A stretch of 64,000 nucleotides of DNA, from the NCBI GenBank assembly GCA_964016885.1, contig OZ024746.1, positions 86,862,001-86,926,000 of the forward strand, in the 5' to 3' direction. Shown here in pieces: positions 1 to 14,213 of the stretch. How positions within the stretch are numbered: position 1 is the stretch's first letter; every line of letters starts with the position of its first letter. The stretch is from Eledone cirrhosa. Lineage: Eukaryota. Below the pieces are notes generated by a model. That model did not search any database. It saw only the letters and a program-made list of their open reading frames with translations, and was not told the DNA's origin. The translations under genes were made by a program, and so were the position numbers.

Positions 1-46
1 TGTTTTATCATTATATATATATATATATATATATAATGATAAAACA
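1..46. repeat. Short perfect palindrome centred on (TA)n
   Basis: tgttttatcat-(ta)n-atgataaaaca; may extend beyond the window edge. Confidence 0.7.
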
Positions 47-2329
47 CAAGTGTCAAGTTAGGTTAGATTTGTTTGGAAAATAGTAACATATCTTCCTCCT
101 CTCACAAATGTGTTGACACGATAGACACCAGTTTGAAAGCACTTATCTTTAGTTATCTATCAATCTATCCGTCTTACTATCTATCCATCTCTCTCTCTTT
201 CTCCGTATATATATACACAAATAGATTAAAAAGTTTGAGAGCAATTTTATTTGAAAAATGTCTAGACTTTTATGTATGCTAATTTGCATGAAATTACACT
301 TCCGAACGATAATCTCATTTGGTTTGGTGTTCCGTCGATCCTGCATGTCAGCGAGAAGTAAAAGACAAAATGCAATTGCTCAACGTTATTATATAAAATG
401 TTATGTCTCATCGGCTGTTTATGCATGAGATCTCTCTTTGAAATTCCTGTGGAAATATTTGATACGCATCAGTAAGTATAAAAAAGCGTTCGTTTTATTT
501 ATGAGTGGGGTTGCAGATTATGTTCCTCTGTGAGAAAGAAAACAGTAGTTTGGTTCGTACTATAATAGTTCTATATGACATTTTCCGGAAAATATTTCCC
601 GTCTTGCACTACCCAAATCTGTTTTCACACCTGAAGACCAAGAGACAAGTGTTGTTTTATAATCCCCACCTCCACTCCTATCAGGTTTCGAACACATTCG
701 TTGTCTTCCATAGAACAATGTCAGCATGCTATTTGTTTTTTTTGTTTGTTTTGGCCATGTAAAATAATGAAGGAAGGTATTGTCAGCCCTATGCTTGTCA
801 TTTTTGTGCTGTTGACAGCGACATCTACATTCTATGAGATGGTTTTTTCTCTAGGCGTTTGTTTTTAGTCGGCAACGATATATAATTCTAAAGTTGTAAA
901 TCGACTTTTTACTTTACTTTAATGTTTGTAATATTTTTGCGTTGTGTATCTTAATGGCTGAAGATATCCTTGGCGGAGATGGAGCATATCTTAATATTAT
1001 TGATCATCTGGGATAGTTAATTACCTTTCGGGAAATGCTTCTGAGTTAGGGAGAGGAACGGTCTTGCAAAGCCACAACAATGTTATATGATGGGTTATAA
1101 GGTATAACAGCTCATTTCACAATATTTTTTATAAAATGATAGATGATGTTGGTAAGGGAACTATTGCTTCTTGTTTAGATTTGCGTTGTAATGCATAACT
1201 GTAATAATGTGCATTACTGCTGCAGGCGTCTATGTTGGAGCATCATGCATTTGTTCTCTTAGTGCTGCTAATTGGGTTATGTTTGTGACATTCGGAGAGT
1301 GGCTGGAATTGGTAGGGATGTACAATGTGGTGTTAAAATACATTGTAACGGGAAATTTTAAATGGAATTTTAGCATACCATGATGATGTTTTCATCAGCA
1401 ATAGACTACCTGGTGCTGACCGAACACTCCTTAAAACTTAACCAATATCTGAATAACACCTCATTAATTCCTCACCAACATCATGTTTTTAGCACCTTTT
1501 AAGATTTCAGAAACGAGAGAGAGGCCGCTACATTTTACAAACATTATTAGGCTAATTTTTAAAAAGCTGAAATTGGGGGAGCATCTTTCATAGAGATTAT
1601 ATCCATTCAGTCTTCGTCAACTTCTTCTGCCATTTTTTTGTTTCTGAGGTGAATCAAATTAAAAGACTGTGGGTAATGTTCTGATAGCAGCATTTAAAAA
1701 ACTGATAATAAAACAGAGAAGTTATATATGAATAAAAATGCAATGGAGAAAATAAAATTTAGAGATATCTTTAATTCTTTCAAAGAAACATGAAAGGTTT
1801 CGACGGAAGATTAAAGAGGTTAAACAAGATACGAATACCAGGAATTAAACTAGAAATAGACGAATATTGGAAATAATTATGCTTAAAAGAAATCCGTTCT
1901 AAAAAAAAGATAGTGCGTATAAAAGATGAAACTCAGCAACATAGAGAATGCAAAGATATTGAAATACATGTCCAATGAAGTGATACAAATAAAAACAAAT
2001 TTAACCTTTAAAATCCACAGCATTGAATGAGAGACAAATTCCTGTCTGAAATAATTTATAACCAAATGCACCTAAACAAAATCTATCAAGAGCTTGCAGA
2101 ATCAACCTAAAATAACATCAAGATATGTGGAAATTCTGAGAACGTAAATAAAAAGAAATTCCTACAGTTGGCTGTGATGCTTTTAGTAACTACCTCTTCT
2201 ACTACTCTAACAAGGTCTTCTACTCTAGTTTTCTCTATTGTTACAAACCGTATTGAGCCTGCTCTAATGGCCTTTTTGCACGTGATACTGCTGCGGGTTG
2301 TGTGTTGGTATTACAGCGGGTTTACGTTC

Positions 2330-2750
2330 TTTTATACCCTGTTTAGGGGAGAAAGACTTTAGATGGCTGTTTGCACCGCATATATAACATCAGAGCCATC
2401 TCCTTTCCACGGCTACAAATAGTTGTGTCATTTGGCAGTTCGATGATATCAGGAATCCTTCGTAGCTTTTCCTGGTTTATTTGGAGCAAAAGCTCCTTCC
2501 CAAATCCGCTCAAGTTTTCCCAACATGATTTCTGAATTTGGAGGACGTTTTCGGAATCCACTTCGTCCTCCAGGATGGCTTCTATGAGCCAGTAGATTTT
2601 TATCCCTGGCAGTAGATTTTTTCCTGTAAACATTGTTACGTATTTCCCCGTGTATATTTGGGTTAGCAGGAAACTCTCCCTCTTAAGCGGTTGGTAGAAT
2701 GAGTCTTCGCTTCGATTTCCGATGTGAATCTCACTTACATCGTCCCGCAT
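2330..2750 (-). pseudogene. Decayed gag-like ORF1 of a non-LTR retrotransposon (L1/Tx1-like) with CCHC zinc knuckle
   Basis: A frameshifted minus-strand reading gives ...QLFVAVERRWL*CYICGANSHLKSFSP (Cx2Cx4Hx4C-like knuckle, 2345-2389) following the ORF 2343..2750 segment RRIPDIIELPND. Confidence 0.6.
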
Positions 2751-3446
2751 TCTCTTTTTCTCAAGACAAAAGTTTTATTTTTTTTGTTGATAACTCCTTT
2801 AAGAGCTGTTGAGCTTCTTGTATAGAGGGTGGTCGCTCCCGGCGCTTACTGCGGTGATTTACGCATTTATAAATGATTATACATTTCTGGACTTAATGTA
2901 CATCTTCCGGTACTGCTATTTGGATGTTGCTGCCGACTCTCTGTATGAAACGTTTTATATTCTGAAGGTAGCCTAATCCAACTTGCTGTCTTTGCTGTGA
3001 CGCTATATTAATTTTCTTCTTTGGCTCCTTGCGTTTGAGTATATAATACTTGCAGAACGAAAGCACAAAGATATAACATAAAGGAAAGAGAAAGGAATAC
3101 ACTGTTTGTTGATATTTGGCATTGGTAGCAGTGTTGCTCTGGTGGATGTTGTTGTTGATTTTGCTTTTGTTGTGTTTGTGGGTACAACTGCTTCTGGCTT
3201 TATTTGCTGCTATCAAAACTGATGTATCATTCTCCTACATTCTTCAGCAGCTTCTAAAAATACTGACTCATCATATTTGCCAATCAAAGAACTGGCCATT
3301 TTTTAATTTTTGGGGAAAATGTTAACAAGATCCCACTTTGGAATCGGCGTTTTAGATGGTTATTAGAAAGACATTTTTCCGGCAGATAGAAAATAGCCTT
3401 ATCTAATCGATTGTGTCAAACCTTTGTAACAATTATCGCATAATAA

Positions 3447-3845
3447 TAATTGTTTCTACTTCTGGTACAAGGCCCGCAATTCCTCCAGTGTATTACTGTT
3501 ACTTCATTTTATCGACCCCGTTAGGATGAAAGGCAAGGGTAACCTCGGCGGGATTTGAACTCAGATCATAAAGGGCCGTAACTCTATGCTGCAAAGCATG
3601 GCGTCCGACCCTCTTCCGATACTGCCAATCCACCGATCTTATAGTATAACAATAATTGTTTCTACTTTAGGCACAAGGCCAGCAATTATCCAGTACATTA
3701 CTGGTACATTATTTTATCGACCCCGTAAGGATGAAAGGCAAAGTTAACCTCGGTGGGATTTGAACTCAGACTATAAAGTGCCGTAACTCTTTGCTGCAAA
3801 GCATGGCGTCAGATTCTCTACCGTTACTGCCAATCCACCACCTTA
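3447..3845 (-). mobile_element. Two tandem copies of a ~190-bp tRNA-derived SINE (family S1)
   Basis: Minus strand: A-box-like tggcagtatcgg, B-box gagttcaaatccc, body gcctttcatccttacggggtcgataaaataaagtaccag, tail ggccttgtgccaaaagtagaaacaattatt; many copies across the window. Confidence 0.9.
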
Positions 3846-3899
3846 TAGTATAACAATAATAAGGGGAAAACAGTCCTGCAGATACAAAGAAAGGATGGT

Positions 3900-5690
3900 A
3901 TTATAAGATACGCACGTATCTCAATAATCAGAGGGGAATTTGAAGGGGACTCCCGATCACCACCACTTTTCTGCCTAGCACTGACACTATTATCTGTGAT
4001 CCTAAAACAGAACTGCATGTGGTATTAATGCTATGACAAGAAACGTGCCCATCTCCAGCATATGGATCATCTAAAGCTATATGTTGCAGGCTAGGGACAA
4101 CTCCAAACACTGGTACCTATTCACAAAAACAGGCATGGATAGCGGAGTAGAAAAAATGCGCAAAGGCAAATTTGACGAGAGAAAATCATTAATACCATGT
4201 TAGATAAATAGACTGCAATAACATAATTAGACCAAAGAAAGAAAATCAAATACTTAGGAATCAATGAACTAGATATGGTTCAATACACACAGACGAAATA
4301 AATAAATGCTATAGACGCTTAGAGTATTACTTAAAACAACTAAATGCAAATAATAAGGTAATTGGCATCAATGCTCTAATGACACCTGTAATAAGCTACA
4401 GTTTTAATACCGCAACATTGGCAATAAAATACGAACCGGAAATAGATGGAAAAGTATAATGACTGCAATTAGAATACACCATAAAATATCAGGTGAAGAA
4501 AGATTATACCGAACATGAACAAAGGGAATAAGGGCTCTTATCCAACTAGAGTACTATTATAGAAAACCTACTGTAGGCCTACAAAAATATCTAATGAAGA
4601 ATATAAGAAAGTTAATAAAATAGCTATGAAACATGTACAAAACAAAAGCAATATTCTCTGTGTTCAAGGAAGCCAATAAATTCAAGACAGATAATTATGA
4701 GGACAATGGAAACAAAGAAAAAACCACAACAGAACTTTTGAGAAACAGAAAATCTAAATTTGAAACATACATCCAGAAAACCATGCTAAAACGATGGCAA
4801 GAAAAACCCTCACATGGCAAATAATCTAAAAAGGTGAATAGAGAGGAATTAGACAAGCAAATCCCACAAAACTGTCTAAAGGCTGATTCGGAAGGATTTC
4901 TAATTGCAGTACAATATGAAAGCCACAACACCAGAAATCATGAGAATTACATAATGAAACAAAACACTGTATGTAACTACAGAATATGGGGAGGGCGAGA
5001 GAGAAAGAGACGGGGGCGATGACAGTGGAAGTTAGATTTTTCTGTGTTCGAACCTGGCGTACATGGGTATGTAATTTCAAATAAATCCAAGAGCAGATTT
5101 TGAATATTTTCGAAACTCTAACGTCTCTTGTGGTGATTGGGAAGACACAATTAACCACATTGTCTCTGACTGCCGAGTCTTAGCGAAAAATAAAATTGGA
5201 ATTTACGTACACTGGGAGTTATGCCAAGACTACGATCTACCAACAGACGAAATGGATTGCAAATATACACAGAAACGTTATCCGAGAATGATATAGCAAC
5301 CATACCCTGGGATATAATATATCAATACACACAGACAGATATATCAAATCCAATCGACCGTATAATATAGTCATATACCACAAAAAATGTATTCTAATTG
5401 ATCTATCTATTCCCACAGACGACAATATATTCATCAAATTAATGGAGAAATTATACAAATTTGGAGATCTGAAAATAAAAAATAACTCGAATGTGGATGA
5501 TGCAAACAAAAACAATTCCTGTAATGATAGGTGCTCTAGGGATGATAAAAGAACATACCGACAAGTATGTAAACATAACCGCCGGACTCACAAATATATA
5601 CAGAATACATAAAATAGCAGTACTGAGACACTGGACATATATTATGGAGAAGCCTCTCAATATAATATCTAAAAACGAAAGTCTATCTTA
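3900..5690 (+). mobile_element. Decayed R4/Dong-like non-LTR retrotransposon, 3' part (RT thumb, zinc-finger region, restriction-like endonuclease)
   Basis: Broken frames give KYLGINE, LNANNKVIGINALMTPVISYSF, RGLIQLE, RWQEKPSHGK, DSEGFLIAVQ, INHIVSDCRVLA, NRPYNIVI, CILIDLSIPTDDNI, MWMMQTKTIPVMIGALGMIK. Confidence 0.8.
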
Positions 5691-5699
5691 AGACATTTA

Positions 5700-5948
5700 A
5701 GGCTCGTTAGCCTGGTGTTTATCTCGGTTTCATGGCCTGACGCGACTGAGAGTAGAAGACTTCCCCCTGGACAGGACAGACGTCCATCAATGGGCTAAAC
5801 ACTCAGCTATTGTTGGTCCTCATATTCCCTGGAGCAACGTGAAATAAAGTGTTTTTCTCAAGAAGACAACACATAACCCAGTGCAAGACTCGAACCAACG
5901 ACATTATGGTCGTAAGTCTAATACCCTTACCATTAGGCCACGTGCGTC
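5700..5948 (-). mobile_element. tRNA-derived SINE, second family (S2)
   Basis: Minus strand head gcacgtggcctaatggtaagg...ggttcgagtc, then gtgttgtcttcttgagaaaaacactttatttcacgttgctccag central domain. Confidence 0.8.
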
Positions 5949-6084
5949 CATCAACAAAAACTATACTGCTTATACAGTATTCTGTGATACAGTGACGGCA
6001 GGCAAAAACCCCCCAAAATTAATGATTTATGATATTAGCACGATCCAAGACATTTATTGGGGGTGAGGTGGGAGTGAACGGAAA

Positions 6085-6582
6085 GTTGATTAAATCGTCC
6101 CCAGTACGTTACTGGTACTTTATTTTATCGACTCTGTAGGATGGAAGGCAAAGCTAACCTCGTCGGGATTTGAACTCGGAAGGTAAAGTGTCGTAACTCT
6201 ATGCCACAAAACATGGTGGTCGACGTTCTACCAATAATAATTGTTTCTATTTTTGGCATAAGGCCATCAATTATCCCAGTGCATTACTGGTACTTTATTT
6301 TATCGACCCCGTAAGGATGAAAGGCAAAGTTAACCTCGGCAGGATTTGAACTCAGACCGTAAAGGGACGTAATTCTACTGATAATAATTGTTTCTACTTT
6401 TGGCACAAGACCAGCAATTACCGAGTGTATTACTGGTACTTTATTTTATCGACCCCGTAAGGATGAAAGGCAAAGTTAACCTCGGCGTGATATGAACTCA
6501 GACCATAAAGGGGTGTAACTCTTTGCTGCAAAGCATGGTGTCCAACCATGGTGTCCTCTACCGATACTACCAATCCACCGCC
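6085..6582 (-). mobile_element. Three tandem SINE S1 copies (partly truncated)
   Basis: Repeated ggtactttattttatcgaccccgtaaggatgaaaggcaaagttaacctcggc..gatttgaactcag blocks at ~6115, ~6290 and ~6435. Confidence 0.9.
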
Positions 6583-6599
6583 CGTTTTCTTCCGATAAT

Positions 6600-6900
6600 A
6601 ATGATTGAAAACAAATCACCAAAATTCCACGCTAAAACGATGACAAGGAAAACACCATTATGGTGAATATACTGAAAATCTGAGTAAAGAAGAGGTACAC
6701 AAACCTGAATAAGGAGGAAATGTAGAGAACATTTCACAAAAGTGGCTAAGATGAACTGGAATAAACGCCGAGACTAAATGATTTCAAATTACAGTGTCAT
6801 GACCACCGCTTCCATACCAGAAACCACAAATTGTACATAAGGAAACAGAACACAGTGAGTAACTGCAATGTATGGAGAATTGATTATGAAAAGCAAGCGA
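6600..6900 (+). mobile_element. Short R4/Dong-like fragment
   Basis: Resembles 4780-4990 (acgatgacaaggaaaacacc...catggt; catacc agaaaccac...tacataaggaaacagaacacag...aactgc). Confidence 0.55.
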
Positions 6901-7059
6901 CAAGAGAGAACACTGGGGATATTTATCATGAGGGTAACGATCCCATAAGTCCTCGTGGAGTCGTAGAGACATCATTATACGGCGTCTCTAGGGCACTTTT
7001 AAAACTGGCAGAATCCAACCCTCTCCAGGTCTGAACACAGTGGATTTTCTCTAAAGAGG

Positions 7060-7190
7060 AAGAATCACCCCCAGTACTAGACAGGTACTTTTTTTCATCG
7101 ACCTCGGGAGGATGAAAGGCAAAGTTGAACTCGACGGAATTTGAACTCAGAGCGCACAATGAAGTGGGACGAGTACCGTAAAGCATTCCA
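7060..7190 (-). mobile_element. SINE related to S1 (variant subfamily)
   Basis: ccagtactag..ggtactttttttcatcgacctcgggaggatgaaaggcaaagttgaactcgacggaatttgaactcagagcgc; a plus-strand relative lies at 24212-24345. Confidence 0.8.
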
Positions 7191-7865
7191 TCAATCGCCT
7201 ATATATTTAACATAGTAGATCGCTAACAGACGGCTATAATCCAAATTGTCTCACAACAGTTAATCACCACACAATCTAACTGAAAACGACAGCCAGAAAT
7301 CTAGACAGAAAAAAACCCCCAAACAAAACATATTTAGTCTGAAATCTATTAGTTGACATCATACAATTAATGTACTAAAATTGTTCGTATTATCCAATTT
7401 TAGATTACCGTCTGTATACAAAATATTGAAATGTTAGAGTGATTCAGTTCTCTTTAAACATAAATGTGACAAACAAAACCAATGAAAGTGTATCTTTCAG
7501 ACATAAGTATGTTTAAAAGGTATCATATACTTTGAATATAATGCATACATTTGTGAAAAGTTTAGCGAGCAAACATTAACATCAACATAAAATATTATAT
7601 CTACACCCGATGAATAGAGGACCAGGCTATAATATTCAAGTCCTACATCACAATACGAGTATTGTGGAGCCAGACATTACACACAAAATGAAATTATACT
7701 TTCCTATAATATCTGGAAAGAAAATAACACTGATCTACAGGTAATGCTGTATCCGAACAGATTGTTAACTACTACTACTACTACTACTTCTTATCCAATG
7801 TCTACTCCTCCCCCTCCTTCTCCTCCTCTTCCTCCTTCTTTTTTCATTAATATCTTATTAATGTT

Positions 7866-7980
7866 GCAGCATAGAGTTACGTCCCTTTACGGTCTGTGTT
7901 CAAATCCCGCCGAGGTCAAATTTGCTAGTAATGCACTGGGATAATTGATGGACTTGTGCTAAAAGTAGAAACAATTATTA
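7866..7980 (+). mobile_element. Internally deleted SINE S1
   Basis: gcagcatagagttacgtccc...gttcaaatcccgccgagg...gcactgggataattg...gtagaaacaattatta. Confidence 0.8.
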
Positions 7981-8014
7981 TTATTGTATTTAAATTGCAG
8001 TATCGGGCGTAATC

Positions 8015-8097
8015 TACTTCATATCTATCTCGAACAAAGTGAAAATATTCAAATTACATATCCAGATTTTATCATAATTGATCTCATCAGTGAAGTA
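8015..8097 (-). ncRNA. Hammerhead ribozyme motif, degenerate (GAGA for GAAA)
   Basis: Minus strand: stem I tacttca/tgaagta (7 bp), CTGATGA, stem II gatcaa/ttgttc, GAGA-tag-ATA. Confidence 0.6.
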
Positions 8098-9778
8098 TTA
8101 AAATGTAGTTATTTATAGTAATAAGTCTAGTTGTCTTTTGTCAGAAGTGTTTTAGTTGTCTAATTCGTAAGGTAAAGAGAGAGGGAGCTAGATAGTTAGA
8201 TATAGAGAGTGAGAGTGTGCGTGTGTGTGTGTGGGGGGGGGGGGGGTAGAATGAGAGAAAGTATGTGAAAGCGAGAGAGTGGGGAGAGAGAGAATGAGAG
8301 GAAGTTTGAGAGAGAGAGAGTGTGAGATATGGTCACATTTTGAGTTGATTTAATCTTCTCGCACTCATTCCTAGAAAGATTGTGGGAGCAGAGTCCTTAA
8401 GTACACCTTTCAGAGGGTCCTATCGAAAGCAGCCGTCAACCATTATTTCCAGCTGGATCCCCACACGGGAGCAACCGAACTCATACTTGGTATCCAACCA
8501 TTTTGCTCGTGGCCTATTTCTTGGTCTCCTGTTAATTTTCTGCCTGTAAAATCTGCCCAGCGATTATTTCCTTGGATTTTCTAACCACATGTTCGTCAGC
8601 TTGCTTGAACTTCATATAACGCTACATCCCTTTGTCAGACGCTTAGCATCAGGGTCTACGAGGGGGGTGGGGGTGGAGCCGGTAGTTTGTTCCGGGGCCC
8701 AAGAGTTAAGAAGGCTCCACAGCAACCATGCAACATTCATTTTGAGAAAAATATTTCCCTGAATGATTTGAACAGGAGATGAGAAACCCGAGGAAAAGGA
8801 GAAAGAGGTAAAAACGGAAAAAGGTCAGCGCAACCTAAAATGCGATCAAAACAAAAGTGCACTGTTAGAAATGAACAAATCCACATTCGTTCAATGCTTG
8901 AACGAGTCCCTGCTAAACTGAATAAATGAGCTGCGATTAATAAGAGATGACAATTTTCTAATTAGTGAAATGGAATTAGATTCAGAATATAGGAAATATA
9001 ATTAACGAGATAAACACTTGATGAAAATATCACCAAAAGTTTATCAGATGTTGAAATAGGAATTTCAGTGGTATGTATTATATTTTTGTTCGTCCTTTTA
9101 CAAAGATGTTAAACGGAAATGCGAGCCTTTGTCAATGTCACCTTTCAACCTCCTTTGGTCGATAGAATAATTTACCAATTAATTGCTGTAATTAATATAG
9201 TTGCCTCTTCTCTTTCCACAAAACCTCTGGCACCCTTCTTATGTAAGAAATAATTAGTATTTCTCTCCTTCACAGGTTTTTCTTCCTGATTCACAAATGC
9301 TACTGCTAACAGAAATAATATCCCTAAAATGAATTTCTAAAATATAATTTTCATTAAAACATTTCTTTATAAAAAGATATTTTAATTAACATTGCTTTGC
9401 TGTCATTTGGACAGTTTTATTCATATGGCATTTATTTGATTTGATTGCAGAAAATAATTAACATCATATAATTATTTAATTTTCTTAATTTCTCCAAATA
9501 TTCATATTATTTCGACTATTTTTCTCCTTTCATATTTGCATCATATTTTATGTCAGGTTAAGGTCAAAATAATTCAAAACATTTTCAGAAACAATAATAT
9601 AATTTCCGATGAAAAACGGTAAATTGTATCATATTTAATTATTTTCACAATTCTATTTTTTTTTCTTACTTTGTTTTAATAAAGTATATATTAGTTTTAT
9701 TAATAGATTTTCCTTGAAGATGTTTATTAATGAAAATTTTCATTAAAGGTTACAACTAATTACCCCACTCATTATGTA

Positions 9779-9828
<50 letters not shown>

Positions 9829-11141
9829 GTGTGTGTGTCTGGGTTTATGTATATACATATATATATATATATATACATATGTATATATATACATACACAC
9901 ACATGCACACCCACCCATATGCACACACACACACACACACACATATATGTATATATTAGATACTTAAGTATATATGTCTAAGTACCTGAATGCCCGTTAT
10001 TTAACGTTTATGAAGCAGTTAATCTTATCTACTTGATTATTATATAAAGAAGTATGTTTGAAATTTAATTATAATTCCGAGATTCTATTGGTACGCACAC
10101 TAACACTCCCAAACAGATAAAGACCGATGTACAAACACATATATACGCAACAAACAGATAAAGAAAGATGTACAAACACATATATACGCAACTGCTTGTG
10201 TGAGAAACCGCGTGTCTAGGTTTAGCGCATAAATACAATCATTTTGTATATATTAGTTCCATCCACGCATGGTCCTGCAACTCCGAATAGAATCCCATGA
10301 AAAATATTAGTAGGAAAATCTCCTACGTCTCATCTAGGAAATACATTTTAACAATGTGACCCATTCCTAAAATTCAGCCCTAATAGTAAGCAAATGCAAA
10401 TAAGAAATTAGCTATAACCCTAGTTCAACAAATGCAAAGAAAACCAGAACCTAAAGAATAATCTTGATCACATCAACTTCCTCACTAAAAGTTAAGTCTA
10501 ACATCGGCAACTATTCCTAGCTCTAGTAGATAAACACTTTCCATATAGCCGTCTTTACAAGAAACTTCAGGGTGACCACAAAAACACTTCTTGATTTCTA
10601 ATAGTTATAATATGAAAATCTAAATGAATATTCTTACAACATTGGTGGCTACGGTTGCATTAACTAACAAAGTTTCATATGGTATTGGGCGATATCATCG
10701 ACTCTCAATGTGTTCTCCTTTTATTGATCAGCAAACATCAATGGGATAATCAAGTTCGGAATGCTTTTGTGGTCACACTGTATTTAGCAATCTCAATCTT
10801 AAATTCAATGCCCAACCAGTCTATTATGACCAACACGCCTCCATTATCCAACATAGCTGTATGCTACTGTAGAATCAGAAATGCATGCCTTCTAGAAGGG
10901 GCATAAAAGACAGAGACTATAGCTTACGAGGCAATAGTGAAATCGAAAAACCTAGACCACACCACCAATCTCAAGTGGAACATCGGTATTCGCCCACGCA
11001 CATGTGTATCAATGTGTGCGCGGGCACAAATGTGGCCGTCAGCACATGTGCACTAACATACACACGTATGTGTGTGGGAGAATACATGTGTGTTTGTAGA
11101 TATATATGGCTGTATGTCCACGTATGTGTGTATGTGTCCCC

Positions 11142-11298
<157 letters not shown>

Positions 11299-11992
11299 CT
11301 TGTATGCGAACACCGCGTGTGTGTGAGTGCGAGTACGGATAAAATCTCTACATGTCTCCGGAAAACAATAATTCTGTATTGGAATGGGCCCATACTTTAC
11401 AAAATACGACTAAGGTTTGAAGCATGATCTAATAAACGTATATCTATACATGTACGCACACATCATAATCTATAATGAAACATTCTCTGCTAATAGGAGA
11501 CATAGTAATTGGTAAGAGGAAGATAGGATTTATGACTGATTAAAATCCCAATTATCTGTATCTATAATTCATACGTTCTATCGCCAAGTATTCCACAGGT
11601 ATTCCAAATACATTACAACATTACAGTTCGTTTAATATTATTTATTCATTTTATTCTCATTTTCTATTATTAAAAGTGTCTGTTGTTTAAAATTCCGTAG
11701 CGTTTGAATCAAAATCATAATTCATATCTTTGTCAAAACAGCAAAAACCACTATAGAATCGATATTGTTATCTGGAATATCTATTTCACTGTTTCACTAC
11801 TAAAATAGTTAAATAAAATGATGTTAATCTCTTATACACACTCAGTGCTAATTAGCTTGAATGTGAAGTAAAGCAATAATGGTGGATGCAATCAAAATAT
11901 GTTCATAATTATATGAGAACTAACATCGAGACCTCATTTGATGATTTTAGTGCATCCACTAAATCCACGGTATTAGTCAGTATATATGCATC

Positions 11993-12350
11993 TCCAAGTA
12001 CAGCTCGCTCTCCGACAGGTTTGCGGTCGTGCCCTTGGCAGTGGAGATTTCTGCTGGCCTTGGCCCTAGGGCTACCTCCCTACTCACCACCATAGGCGGT
12101 GAGCTGGCCAGCCGCAGGTGTGAGCCCCACGATTTGGAGTGGCTCTTACAGCGCATCTCCCTCACCATCCTCCGTGGGAACGCCTTTTCCATTCTGTCCA
12201 CCGGGGCTGTGAGGATGTCAGCACGTTGGACCCCATTAGCTTACCATACAGTGAGATGGGGGAGATCGAGAGAGATGGAGGCGATGACAGTGGGGGTTCG
12301 GCTCTTCCACGTTCGGACCATATACTTGTGGTTGTGTTTATTATTTATAG
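11993..12350 (+). mobile_element. 3' end of a CRE/HERO-type non-LTR retrotransposon (REL endonuclease C-terminus plus 3' UTR)
   Basis: SKYSSLSDRFAVVPLAVEISAGLGPRATSLLTTIGGELASRRCEPHDLEWLLQRISLTILRGNAFSIL matches the P.A.E..G..G...QR.S....RGNA terminus of these elements. Confidence 0.8.
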
Positions 12351-12986
12351 AGTTCATTCTAATACCCAAGGTAGACATTTAAATTGTTTTACTACATTTC
12401 TATTGACAAGACAATATGCTTCAGTTATAGACTCCGGCTATATTTGAATTCACAACCGAGTGACAAAGAAAGCATAAGCAATGAGTTTTAACTAAACTGA
12501 TACTGGTTGCTTTCGCCAATAATACAGAAACACAGTAATTATTTCGTTTTTTTATTTTTATTTCTTAATTCGGGCCAATTCAATTCTCTGTGGAAATGTA
12601 ATATATATGAAACATAGTTTCTAATATGGTATACCAATAATATAATTTCAAATATAGGTCATCCATAAGGGATTGAATGAGAAAAATGATATTCGCTTGC
12701 AAATAGTCATTTCTAAACCATGAGTTTAGATTGTTCTCAGTATAATCGAGACAGAACAATTTCTGCTGAGAATATATTACTGTCAAAGGTATAATTATTT
12801 GTAATTCTTCTATAACCGTGAAAATTTCGGATAATGAATGAATGTATTGATATAGCTTAAAACTACAGGACAATGCTAGAGATGTATCTACTAATATGAT
12901 CTATTGTAAAGCAGTATTGAATCATATTTCTAACATTACAAGGTTTATTATATATATATATAAATAAATATATATATATATATACA

Positions 12987-13040
<54 letters not shown>

Positions 13041-13043
<3 letters not shown>

Positions 13044-14163
13044 AACCAGTAAGACCCCGACAGCTGAGCTCAAGCCGTTTCGACGGCTAATTCTGGACTA
13101 AATGAAAATTTATCCTGGTATTTAAATAGCCGATCTTCTCAAGGGGTAATTCCATATATGGTCAAAGTGATTGTCAAAAATCAGTAGTAATTCTGTGGTT
13201 GCAAATTAGTAGGGGAGATGGTGGCTAAACCTGCCAGTAGGAGAAAGAGGGGAGGGGGTGGAGTAGACCCAATCAAGCGTTGGTAGTGCCAGCTACAGCT
13301 GGGCATGAGGTCAAAGAAGATACAGGGGAGGGGGAGGGGGAGGAAGTCGGAACGGTAGGTAGAACAATGGGGGGTAGAAATATATAGGAAAGAAAAGAAA
13401 AAATACTGAGAGTGAAGAAAAGCAAATAAGTGTAAAGAAAAAAGTAAAGTAAATTAAATTCTACGACCTAGGTCTCAGGCTATTGTAAGGCTAGAATAAA
13501 ATAAATAAAGAAAGAAAGAAAGAAGTAAAGAAATAAATAAATAAAGAAATAACGAAATAAGTAAAAGAACTAGGTGGGACGTAATAGGCAAGGACCCTTT
13601 TAAGAGGTATAAGCACGTAAATGATGCGGTGACGGGTCAACAAAAGGGGCCAAAATACTAAAGAGACTACCACGAAATAAACAATAAAGGTTTCCATCCC
13701 GGGCCAGCTACGACCCAGTGCAGCAAAGTGAACTTGTACGAGATAATAATTCTGAGTCCCGAGAAAAATATATACTAATGCTAACTCTAAAAGATCTAAA
13801 ACAAGCTACATGAAAGTTCGTACGAAATAAAGGTAGAATACGGAGAAATAAATTCAGAATCCACCCCGCCCAGAAGAAAAGCGAAGCAAGAAATACTGAA
13901 ACGAAAAAATAAGGCATAAGTGCCACTAAGAAATATAGAGGGCACAGAGAATAGTGGGAGCGGTCGGAAAAAGGGGGCAAGTATCCGGGGTCTAAGCCAA
14001 CTGCTATAAGGGGCGGAGTCCGCCAAATCTATCATAGACTAGGGGAGGGGGTGGTGGGGGTACTAACCCACTGGTGGTGGGGGTACTAACCCACTCTACT
14101 ACCTCAAGTATTGAGTACTTTGGTGCGTTATGGTCCACCTGGTTCCTTACCACATTTCCTTCG

Positions 14164-14165
<2 letters not shown>
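13041..14165. mobile_element. Non-autonomous family-B element with outward-facing tails inserted in (TA)n
   Basis: Minus-strand HHR plus tail at the left end; plus-strand tail cccactctactacctcaagtattgagtactttggtgcgttatggtccacctggttccttaccacatttccttcg at 14088-14165; (TA)n on both sides. Confidence 0.7.
13054..13147 (-). ncRNA. Hammerhead ribozyme, U3-A8 core variant (element family B)
   Basis: Minus strand: stem I acccc/ggggt, core TTGAGAA, stem II gatcggcta/tagccgtc, GAAAC-ggct-tgagctc-agct-GTC. Confidence 0.8.

Positions 14166-14213
<48 letters not shown>

Noticed and set aside
1340-2140. Possible LINE relic
   Set aside because: Coding-like purine bias only; no motif I could identify with confidence
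3447-6582. CRISPR-like or regularly spaced repeats
   Set aside because: These are ~190-bp tRNA-derived SINE copies in eukaryotic DNA, not short repeat-spacer arrays
7600-7746. Possible plus-strand exons here and at 15315-15381 and 42230-42385
   Set aside because: Donor-like sites present, but no good acceptor in an open frame and no recognisable protein
12480-12545. CTGATAC...GAAAC-aca-GTA in the large inverted repeat
   Set aside because: Core is wrong and differs in the mirror arm; stem I unsupported
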